Shown piece after piece: positions 1 through 6,357 of a DNA stretch of 7,370 bases. Below the pieces are notes generated by a model that made no database searches, was not told the DNA's origin, and saw only the letters and a program-made list of their open reading frames with translations. Position 1 is the first letter of the stretch, and each line of letters begins with the position of its first letter. The stretch comes from a virus (lineage: Duplodnaviria > Heunggongvirae > Uroviricota > Caudoviricetes): IMG/VR virus record IMGVR_UViG_2681813313_000015, positions 1 through 7,370 of that record; one strand, written 5' to 3'. A program made the position numbers and the translations under genes.

Positions 1-1020
1 CTACTTGCTAACCACGAGCGGCAGATCCAGTGTTGGTGTGATTTTTGTTTTACGATCGTAAATCAACACCTGATTTTCTGTTTTATGCCCGCTGAAAATT
101 TGTTTGTCGCGACTGCTGCCTTCGTAATCTGAGATCCCCTTAGCTTTTATGTCGTGAAAATTGCACCCGAACGGAACGCCAACTTTTTGCTCGGCTGAGC
201 GTTTAGCCTGATTCCACCAGTTGTTCAGCGTTTTAGCTATGACTTTCCCGCCTTTGGTTGTATTGATCACATATTCGCATGTACAGGAAGATACATTTCG
301 GGCTAACTGGATCGCTGTACGTAATCGCGGTGACCATTCCTTGATTTGTTTGGTGCCGGTTTTGTTTTGCTCAATGTAGATCCCTTTATCCATAATATCC
401 TGCCATTTCAACTCAAGCACATCACCGAGCCTTGCCGCACAGAGATAGGAAATCTCCATTGCAATGCGTAACTGTGGAATTGCTTCCGCATATATCGCTG
501 CATACTGTTCATCGGTGATGTAAACAGTGCGGGCTTTAAGAGAGAATTTTCTGACTCCTTTACATGGGTTATTCTTCACGTATCCACGCTCATATCCCCA
601 CCCGTATACTCGACTCAGGCTTGCCAGTTCATGATTTGCCTGGGTCTTGCTCTCAAGCCCTCGTTTATCCATGAAAATTCTTACCTGCTCAGTTTTGACA
701 TTATCAGCAAGCACTTTTCCGAATACCATCAGCAACGCCTTCTGATGTTGTCGATAATCTTTTTGGGTTCGGGGGGCCAGTTCTGTAAATGCAGGGGAGT
801 CTATAAACATGTGCCATAATTTAGCTACGGTCATTATGTTGTGGAGTTTTGCTTTTTCCAGTTCATAATTTTGCCAGACTTTAGCTACGCTGGTTTTCCG
901 CACTCTTCCTAGCCCTATAGTTCTTGTACTTCCTTCTGGTTTCCACACGTAACTGTAACCATTCGATCTAACCCGCGGTGGCAGTACATTATCTTTTTTA
1001 TTTTTTCTTGGTCTTCCCAT
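1..1020 (-). CDS. int: Phage integrase, tyrosine recombinase (lambda Int family)
   Basis: 339-aa ORF. N-terminus MGRPRK..LPPRVRSNGYSYVW..GLGR resembles the lambda Int arm-binding region. Catalytic region aligns by eye to lambda Int: AARLGD (R212), EQNKTG (K235), FHDIK (H308-x-x-R311 position), SGHK (H333), LIYDRK (Y342). Stop codon at 1-3. Confidence 0.9.
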   Translation of the reverse strand: MGRPRKNKKDNVLPPRVRSNGYSYVWKPEGSTRTIGLGRVRKTSVAKVWQNYELEKAKLHNIMTVAKLWHMFIDSPAFTELAPRTQKDYRQHQKALLMVFGKVLADNVKTEQVRIFMDKRGLESKTQANHELASLSRVYGWGYERGYVKNNPCKGVRKFSLKARTVYITDEQYAAIYAEAIPQLRIAMEISYLCAARLGDVLELKWQDIMDKGIYIEQNKTGTKQIKEWSPRLRTAIQLARNVSSCTCEYVINTTKGGKVIAKTLNNWWNQAKRSAEQKVGVPFGCNFHDIKAKGISDYEGSSRDKQIFSGHKTENQVLIYDRKTKITPTLDLPLVVSK

Positions 1021-1240
1021 TATTCAGCGCCTCAAAATCGGGTTCAGCAGAAACCAGTTCAGATGTTTTTGGCATCGTTGTCAGTCCGTGTGGAATATCC
1101 CTGCGTAGAACTATTGGTTCGTTTTTAGGACCGATTACAAATGGGATGCCGTGCAGTCTTAACTGGTGTTGCTGTTTTGTGTATCGCTCGTATTTCGTGA
1201 TCTCTTTAATCTCTGCTGGAGATAGAGTTAATTCGTACAT
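998..1240 (-). CDS. xis: Excisionase-like protein (Xis)
   Basis: 80-aa ORF immediately upstream of int and overlapping its start by 23 nt, the classic xis-int arrangement. The N-terminus MYELTL and basic C-terminus NGKTKKK resemble lambda Xis (MYLTLQEW...NGKKAKS). Only a weak AAGG is present upstream. Confidence 0.6.
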   Translation of the reverse strand: MYELTLSPAEIKEITKYERYTKQQHQLRLHGIPFVIGPKNEPIVLRRDIPHGLTTMPKTSELVSAEPDFEALNNGKTKKK

Positions 1241-1307
1241 GTGGTCACGTGCCTTTACAGCATGACCGCCGCCACTGTAGCTGGTGGGCGGCGATATGGG
1301 TTGAACA

Positions 1308-3782
1308 TTAAAAATCAGCCTGACTCGGGATCAGTTTTTGCCAGATAGCTGAAACGTATTTTGCCTGATAACGGGCGTCATCAAGTGCATTATGGCGCTC
1401 ACCTTCGAATGGGATAGCAGTTCTGGCATCGAAGTCTATGGCTTTCCCCAGCTCAACGATTGTGCGTACATCGCGATCGTTGTAGTAACGCCACGGGCAG
1501 GGGATCCCCTGCCGTTCGTATGAACGGCGCAAAATCGTGTTGTCGAAGTTGGCTCCATTTCCCCAGACCTGAACAAAAAATTCACCGGAGTTTTCGTCGA
1601 TAAATTCCCGCAATTGTAACAGTGCATCATCTAACGGGATTTCATCGGTCATAATGGCAGACTGCGCTTCACGTGATTGCTTCAGCCACCTTTTAATGAC
1701 GTCACGATCAATGACTCCGCCAGCAGTTTCCAGATCGATAGTCTTACTAAATTCCGGTCCCATATCTCCGGTTTGCGGATCGAAAAATATTGCACCTATT
1801 GAGATAATCGGGGCATCCGGATTTTTTCCCATGGTTTTAAGGTCGATCATTAGATGGTCACACGTCCTGCTGGTGGATGTGATAACGTGATGACCGTTCA
1901 CCGTAATTAAGGGATCTGCCGTCTCGCCAGTTTCACTATCGCTGGCGTGGTCCTGAGCGCTGCCAGCATTCTCCTTGTGTGGATGTTCAGCGCCTTCCAT
2001 TTTCTCCGAATCGTCTTCCTGAACTTCAACCTGGTTCTTGTCATCGAATGTTTCCTGGTATGTTGCGTCGCCCATCACCGCGCCACAATCAGGGCAGTTG
2101 CCGCCGCCGGTCTGACCGCAGGCGGTGCAGATTTTTTCCGGTTCCTGTTGCGCTACTGGTTCAGGTTGTTTCGTTTCTGGCTCGTTTTGTAACGCATTTG
2201 GGCTGTTTTGTTCCGCTTTCTGGCCGTTCTGTTCCGTTTCTTGCTGGTTCTGATTCACTGAATCGCGGGTTTCAATCCCCTTCACCCATTTCGGATCATT
2301 CGGGTCGCTAATCCCTGCAACAAATTCACCACGTGATACAGCAAGCAACTTATTGGCGTCAGGCTGGCTGATATTGGCTGCCTGCATAATTTTGTTTACT
2401 TCGTCAGCGGTAACTTTTACCGGCTCTGGTTGTGCGATCGTGTCAGATGCACCAGTATTTTGTTGTGAACCTGAGTACGTGCCGTTTTTACGTGCGAAGT
2501 ATTCCTCTTTTGTGATTTCCGTAGCTCCCAGGGCCAGTGCTTTTTCCAGACCAGAAAGTTTGTTTGCGCGACCGTATTTTTCGCCGTCCTTATCAGTGAA
2601 AAGGAAGTAGAACGGTCCCTCACGCTCTACAGATGGTTCGTCTTCCACTTCGCATTCGGTTTTTTCGTTGTCCGGCATTGCCGTTTCCACTGCATCAGTT
2701 TCTGGTACTGGTGACGGGAGAGTACCAGCTGTGCCCTGATTTGTTCCTTCGTCATCTTCAAACACGCCCTTGGTAGTCAGGTATTCAGTGATGTATTTGT
2801 TCAGTGCTACGGGATCTTTGTGAATGTCGATCGGACGCTCACGGACAAGGCCAAAAATAGTCTGACGGTCGTAGCGAACGGCATCGGGTTGTTTGCGCAT
2901 TGATGCGGAAATGTGCTTCCAGTCTTCGCGATCTTTGTCGATAACTTCATTTTTTGCCCAGCGATGGATGCTGCCGTCAATGTTTCCGGTATCAATATCG
3001 CCAGGCCAGAGAGCGTAGGCCAGTTCTTCATCCAGCGTTTTCCATGTCTGCTTGTATTCGCGACAAATGGCGGCAGTGACTGGGTTGATTTTTCCTGCTG
3101 AGTTTTCAGTGTTCTGTTGATTGACTCTGGCGCTGGCGAGATCAACAACAGACGTGTATTTTCCAGTCTCTTTGCGCTCTGCGTCCTGCCGTTTTTTCCA
3201 GTTACGTAATTCAGCCTGAATTTCGGGCCATTTGGCACCCGGATTACATTTGTGTTTAACCCATCCGATAGCGAACAGTTTGCGTTCCGGATACATAGCG
3301 TTAATTTCAGGCGTTTTCATCAGTGCTTCAACGATATGCCCGTCAAAGGTAGCAACGTCTTCCTGCAGTAATTCCTGCGCGTCAATCGCCATATCAACGG
3401 TGATGTTTTCACATGTACCGAACTTAACCAGGACCGCGTTCTGTACTTCAAGGGACAGCTTGTCAAAATTGACGTTCATCGGATCGGATTCTGGTTCGAC
3501 CGGAATAAAGGAAGCGGATTCCTCATCCCAGCGGTTTTCCTGCATATATTCAGCATCCCAGGAATCGAGGGCAGGGCGGGGTATACCGGGTTTATCCTCG
3601 CAAACAAGAAATTTATAAGCGCAGTCCTGAGCAGCCGGATAATGTTCCAGGAATTGCCAGTGAAATTTTGCGCGGGCGCGACGTTCATCACCGGCTTCAA
3701 TGGCAGTGGCTACAGCGACGGCACCTTCTTCCTTTATTGCCTGTTCATCAGGAATAGCAGCGCAAATAAAGACCTTACTCAT
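1308..3782 (-). CDS. Large multidomain prophage exonuclease (exodeoxyribonuclease VIII/RecE-like annotation family) with C-terminal DEDDh-type 3'-5' exonuclease domain and an internal zinc ribbon
   Basis: 824-aa uninterrupted ORF with ATG at 3780-3782 and GAGG about 10 nt upstream. C-terminal ~190 aa (nt ~1311-1892) carries DnaQ-like motifs: MIDLKTMG...IISIGAI, TIDLETAGG, GNGANFD, HNALDDA. Zinc ribbon C552-x2-C555-x6-C562-x2-C565 at nt 2088-2129. Central region LLAVSRGEFVAGISDPNDPKWVKGI is recalled as typical of ExoVIII-annotated prophage proteins; that recollection is unverified. Confidence 0.8.
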   Translation of the reverse strand: MSKVFICAAIPDEQAIKEEGAVAVATAIEAGDERRARAKFHWQFLEHYPAAQDCAYKFLVCEDKPGIPRPALDSWDAEYMQENRWDEESASFIPVEPESDPMNVNFDKLSLEVQNAVLVKFGTCENITVDMAIDAQELLQEDVATFDGHIVEALMKTPEINAMYPERKLFAIGWVKHKCNPGAKWPEIQAELRNWKKRQDAERKETGKYTSVVDLASARVNQQNTENSAGKINPVTAAICREYKQTWKTLDEELAYALWPGDIDTGNIDGSIHRWAKNEVIDKDREDWKHISASMRKQPDAVRYDRQTIFGLVRERPIDIHKDPVALNKYITEYLTTKGVFEDDEGTNQGTAGTLPSPVPETDAVETAMPDNEKTECEVEDEPSVEREGPFYFLFTDKDGEKYGRANKLSGLEKALALGATEITKEEYFARKNGTYSGSQQNTGASDTIAQPEPVKVTADEVNKIMQAANISQPDANKLLAVSRGEFVAGISDPNDPKWVKGIETRDSVNQNQQETEQNGQKAEQNSPNALQNEPETKQPEPVAQQEPEKICTACGQTGGGNCPDCGAVMGDATYQETFDDKNQVEVQEDDSEKMEGAEHPHKENAGSAQDHASDSETGETADPLITVNGHHVITSTSRTCDHLMIDLKTMGKNPDAPIISIGAIFFDPQTGDMGPEFSKTIDLETAGGVIDRDVIKRWLKQSREAQSAIMTDEIPLDDALLQLREFIDENSGEFFVQVWGNGANFDNTILRRSYERQGIPCPWRYYNDRDVRTIVELGKAIDFDARTAIPFEGERHNALDDARYQAKYVSAIWQKLIPSQADF

Positions 3783-3868
3783 TTTGTTTTAACCTCATTA
3801 CAGATTTCAGGGTGAACGAATCCCTGCCATTGCTGGCATTTTTAATCCGTTGGTATGGTGTTAATATG

Positions 3869-3888
3869 GCTGGAGGGTTATCCAGCCG
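3869..3888. other. Perfect 7-bp stem hairpin GGCTGGA-gggtta-TCCAGCC overlapping the stop codon of the 62-aa gene, upstream of the exonuclease gene
   Basis: Direct reading. A T-rich run (GGTGTTTCGTTATT) follows on the plus strand only. Role unknown. Confidence 0.4.
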
Positions 3889-4066
3889 GTGTTTCGTTAT
3901 TCAGGTACAGCGATACTTTTTTTACCGGGAGGCATTCACCAGAAATTTTTTGCTCGTCTCTTGCCTGGAGGCAGGATTCTTTACTGGCATAAATTCTGGT
4001 AATCACATTCTGTGATTCACCCGTTATAAGAAAAACCGTCATCATCAGTGCAAATGCTGAAGTCAT
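3878..4066 (-). CDS. Hypothetical small protein with hydrophobic N-terminal segment (possible membrane or secreted peptide)
   Basis: 62-aa ORF. Its ATG overlaps the stop of the upstream gene (ATGA on the minus strand at 4063-4066). SD-like GGAG lies 7 nt upstream. N-terminus MTSAFALMMTVFLITG is hydrophobic; two Cys residues. Function unknown. Confidence 0.5.
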   Translation of the reverse strand: MTSAFALMMTVFLITGESQNVITRIYASKESCLQARDEQKISGECLPVKKVSLYLNNETPAG

Positions 4067-4251
4067 TGACGTTCTCCGAAAATACCAAGTTCAAGAAGAG
4101 CAATTCGGGAAAGTATGGAATTATCATTGAGCAGATAAGGCTCATATTTCCTCATATTAATGGCATCTTCAGTAAACTCCCGGTTACTGAGCAGAACACC
4201 AATATCAAAACAACCTTCAGACGTATTAACGTTTGGTAATAACGTTTCCAT
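4063..4251 (-). CDS. Hypothetical protein (62 aa from ATG at 4251; a GTG-initiated 97-aa form would extend to 4356)
   Basis: The ATG at 4249-4251 is preceded by GAGGA with 7-nt spacing. The stop overlaps the start of the next gene (ATGA), indicating translational coupling. No recognisable motif. Confidence 0.5.
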   Translation of the reverse strand: METLLPNVNTSEGCFDIGVLLSNREFTEDAINMRKYEPYLLNDNSILSRIALLELGIFGERQ

Positions 4252-4283
4252 TATCGCGTCCTCAACAATGAATTTTGTGATGC

Positions 4284-4327
4284 GGTGCCTGGTGCCTCCA
4301 GGTGACGTTAACCAGTTAACAATTAAC
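4284..4327. repeat. Short tandem repeats: GGTGCCT x2 (4284-4297) and three TTAAC units (4308-4312, 4316-4320, 4323-4327)
   Basis: Direct reading. Lies upstream of the ATG at 4251, inside the GTG-extended form of that ORF. Confidence 0.5.
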
Positions 4328-4503
4328 GCCGGATACAGAGAATCCACCCATAACACTGTTTTTGGTTTTAACTGTTCCGCGTGCGCTCAGCCGCATTCAC
4401 CGCATCACAAAATTCACTTTAAAAACGGCGGCAGAGCAGTCACGGAGTAAAACTGATACCGCCAAACGTCACCAGAAAATTGATAACAGAGGGCGTTGCA
4501 GCG

Positions 4504-4540
4504 GGGTTGTCACTTAAGCGTATGGTCAACCTGACAACCC
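4504..4540. repeat. Perfect 9-bp inverted repeat GGGTTGTCA-N19-TGACAACCC in noncoding DNA
   Basis: Direct reading of the sequence. Not followed by a T-tract on either strand, so it is not a canonical terminator. Confidence 0.6.
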
Positions 4541-4754
4541 GGTGTCCTCAACGGGGGAAGGAATAACCCCGCCATACTTACCGCCGCGCCATTTCGCGGG
4601 TTGCCACAACCGGAAGCGCACGGTCGAATTAAATTTAACGACACCGTACAGTGAGACGAACTTCGCCGTGCGCTTTCGTGTTGTGTGCCTGCTTTTAACC
4701 ACGTCAGGCGAGGTGGTATCCTTCTTATCCCGAATAACCAAGAAGGAAATCTAT

Positions 4755-4955
4755 ATGACTAAAGAAGAATTTGTCTCTTATATTTTTGATAAAACGGTTG
4801 AAATGTATGCCGCTACTTACGGGTCCTGTAATCCTCTGAATAAACCAGAGGGGAAAGATGATTTCGACAAAATTTACCGCTTCTTGGAGGACCGCTATAT
4901 CAAAAGGTTAGAGGACGCAGGGATCAAATCCCCAGTGAAGTCACCATTGTCCTGA
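4755..4955 (+). CDS. Hypothetical 66-aa protein, moron-like gene convergent to the early-left operon
   Basis: ATG at 4755 preceded by AAGGA (4743-4747) with 7-nt spacing. AT-rich composition. The in-frame upstream extension (from GTG at 4542) has no RBS. Its 3' end overlaps the convergent minus-strand gene by 32 nt. Confidence 0.5.
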   Translation: MTKEEFVSYIFDKTVEMYAATYGSCNPLNKPEGKDDFDKIYRFLEDRYIKRLEDAGIKSPVKSPLS

Positions 4956-5289
4956 GAACTTGCAGGACGTCATGATCGTAACTTCCATCCAAACCGCGAC
5001 GGCAAATTGCTTCTCGTATTACCGGAAGCAGTTCGCTGGAAATCTCGGTGCATATTTCACCTGATAATACGCTTGGCTCAAGTGAGAATATTGGTGAACT
5101 TACGGTCTTGGTCTCGACAGTTTCAGAGTCAGTGCCAACATTATAAAGCTCAACGAAAGCGGTCTTGATTTTCCGGGCCAGATCTTTTGCTGGCTCGCTT
5201 GCAATATCTTTCCCGATTTCTCGCAGCACAGAATGCAATGTATGAGCTGCTGTTTTCTGTACATCAGACGGTAAATCTTTAAATTCCAT
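4924..5289 (-). CDS. Hypothetical mildly acidic protein (121 aa from ATG at 5289; alternative ATG at 5301 gives 125 aa)
   Basis: The ATG at 5287-5289 is preceded by GAGG with 6-nt spacing. The alternative ATG at 5299-5301 overlaps the upstream stop (TGATG). Second gene of a coupled pair downstream of the putative PL/OL. No recognisable motif. Confidence 0.55.
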   Translation of the reverse strand: MEFKDLPSDVQKTAAHTLHSVLREIGKDIASEPAKDLARKIKTAFVELYNVGTDSETVETKTVSSPIFSLEPSVLSGEICTEISSELLPVIREAICRRGLDGSYDHDVLQVLRTMVTSLGI

Positions 5290-5300
5290 CGTCAGCCTCA

Positions 5301-5453
5301 TCAGTCAGTGTTTCTGGCTAACCAGCAACGCGCGCCAGATCCGGTTTTAAACGTTTTGCTTTTGGTATATGTCATCGCGGTGAACGTACCGCCCTGGTTG
5401 GGGAACACGCCGTACACCAGAGATTCGTTGTTGCCAAGATCGATAGTATCCAT
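5301..5453 (-). CDS. Hypothetical small protein (50 aa from ATG at 5453; the track's 81-aa form starting at 5546 is probably not translated)
   Basis: The ATG at 5451-5453 is preceded by GAGGT with 4-5-nt spacing. The upstream ATG at 5546 lies inside the operator and promoter spacer and has no SD. Confidence 0.4.
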   Translation of the reverse strand: MDTIDLGNNESLVYGVFPNQGGTFTAMTYTKSKTFKTGSGARCWLARNTD

Positions 5454-5530
5454 GTTGACCTCATTTCCCCTTAACGCCGGGGTAGCGGAACTGTTTGCTG
5501 AGAACACCGTGCGGTGTCTTGATGGATCGT

Positions 5531-5582
5531 AATTTAGTTTTCTCATGAATATTGGTCAAGTACTTTTAATGAGAAAACTCAA
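5531..5582 (-). promoter_or_regulatory. OL/PL-like operator pair and leftward early promoter
   Basis: Two inverted copies of the operator motif (5534-5546 as the complement of ATGAGAAAACTAA; 5569-5582 ATGAGAAAACTCAA) flank a 22-bp spacer. On the minus strand: -35 TTGACC (5559-5554), 17-bp spacer, -10 TAAATT (5536-5531). Confidence 0.55.
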
Positions 5583-5587
5583 TATTT

Positions 5588-5627
5588 AATGCAAAATAAA
5601 GCCAATACATTGAAATGTAAGGCTTTA
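5588..5627 (-). terminator. Putative intrinsic terminator downstream of the repressor gene
   Basis: Interrupted hairpin (outer stem TAAAGCC/GGCTTTA at 5597-5603 and 5621-5627; inner stem TACAT/ATGTA) followed on the minus strand by UUUUGCAUU. The stem is AT-rich, so it is weak. Confidence 0.35.
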
Positions 5628-5644
5628 AAATTTGTGAAGGGGGG

Positions 5645-6052
5645 TTATTGATGTTTGTTACGTTTGCGAGCTTCTAGTAGCTCGGTGAATAGGCGATTAA
5701 AATTCTCAACGCGGGCACGGAGTTCGCTGATTTGTGCTTGCTGCTCTGATTTTGGAAGTGCGCGATACAATCGCAACATCTCCAACTCATCTTCCGATAA
5801 GTCTAAGGCGCTGTTGAGTGCAACTGGTGGATCTGGTGTTTTATCCTCGTCACCAAACAGTATCCAAGTTGGTGAACATTGCAATACCTCAGCCAGGCGA
5901 TGCAAATTTTGCCCGCGCGGGGCTGTATGGTCGCTTTCCCATAGTGAAATTGATGAGCCAGATACGCCAGCAGCTTTGCTTAAATCGTTTTGACTTAAAC
6001 CAACCTGTTTGCGTCTTTCTCTAATTCGTTGACCTAAAGTTTTCTCGTTCAT
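5645..6052 (-). CDS. Prophage immunity repressor, XRE/cI-type HTH, without an S24 peptidase domain (RacR-like)
   Basis: 135-aa ORF. N-terminal HTH_3-type motif (GQRIRERRKQVGLSQNDLSKAAGVSGSSISLWE). Divergent from a Cro-like gene across a 77-bp region carrying palindromic operators. No Ala-Gly/Ser-Lys autocleavage module was seen. Confidence 0.85.
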   Translation of the reverse strand: MNEKTLGQRIRERRKQVGLSQNDLSKAAGVSGSSISLWESDHTAPRGQNLHRLAEVLQCSPTWILFGDEDKTPDPPVALNSALDLSEDELEMLRLYRALPKSEQQAQISELRARVENFNRLFTELLEARKRNKHQ

Positions 6053-6073
6053 ATTTAGATATCTTAATAACCC

Positions 6074-6116
6074 TTGACTTGAGATTCCTTGAGTGATTAC
6101 TATTGAGAAAACTCAA
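6074..6116. promoter_or_regulatory. OR-like divergent promoter/operator region between repressor and cro-like gene
   Basis: Palindrome TTGAGAAAACTCAA at 6103-6116, extra TTGAG half-sites at 6079-6083 and 6089-6093, and -35-like TTGACT at 6074-6079. No clean -10 could be placed. Confidence 0.6.
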
Positions 6117-6129
6117 CTTTGGAGGGGTG

Positions 6130-6357
6130 ATGTTTAAATCAGACGTAATTAATTTTTATGGGACGAAAGCCAAAGTAGCGAAAGCTGCTGGTGTTGATCC
6201 ATCTGCTGTTTCTCAATGGGGGGAACTGGTTCCTGAAGGTCGCGCGATGCGCCTGCAAGAGGCATCCGGCGGGGAACTTCAGTACGACCCCAAAGTTTAT
6301 GACGAATATCGTAAGGCAAAGCGGGCGGGGCGGTTGAACAATGAAAATCACCCCTGA
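6130..6357 (+). CDS. Cro/YdaS-like small HTH regulator
   Basis: 75 aa from ATG at 6130 with GGAGG 4 nt upstream. Contains the motif FYGTKAKVAKAAGVDPSAVSQW typical of Cro/YdaS-like proteins. The track's TTG start at 6103 would place the first codons inside the operator palindrome. Confidence 0.8.
   Translation: MFKSDVINFYGTKAKVAKAAGVDPSAVSQWGELVPEGRAMRLQEASGGELQYDPKVYDEYRKAKRAGRLNNENHP

Noticed and set aside
631-1265. Plus-strand ORFs 631..819 and 978..1265
   Set aside because: They are antisense to the integrase and xis genes, low-complexity and hydrophobic, with no RBS.
1280-1876. Two Chi octamers (GCTGGTGG at 1280-1287 and 1869-1876) as a functional recombination hotspot cluster
   Set aside because: Chi is common in E. 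coli-like DNA (roughly one per several kb), so two copies in 7.4 kb is not significant on its own.
1436-3700. Ten track ORFs of 62-143 aa on both strands inside the exonuclease gene (for example 1436..1630, 1947..2192, 1979..2311, 2807..3238, 3232..3618)
   Set aside because: All are nested within or antisense to the uninterrupted 824-aa ORF, which has recognisable exonuclease motifs. No RBS support.
3812-4450. Plus-strand ORFs 3812..4015, 4048..4239 and 4160..4450
   Set aside because: They overlap the minus-strand coupled pair, which has good SD sequences and a stop/start overlap. 4048 starts at GTG with no RBS.
4526-4754. Minus ORF 4526..4741 and the GTG-initiated 5' extension (4542..4754) of the 66-aa gene
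   Set aside because: Neither has an RBS. The region is better explained as a structured noncoding leader, and ATG 4755 has a strong SD.
5454-5546. The 31-codon N-terminal extension (MRKLNYDPS...) of ORF 5301..5546, and the TTG-initiated MRKLNFGGV extension of ORF 6103..6357
   Set aside because: The MRKLN codons are the operator palindrome read as protein. These starts lie inside promoter or operator DNA and lack SD sequences; internal ATGs with SDs are preferred.
5655-6024. Plus-strand ORFs 5655..5993 and 5818..6024
   Set aside because: They are antisense to the HTH repressor gene, whose protein has a clear DNA-binding motif.
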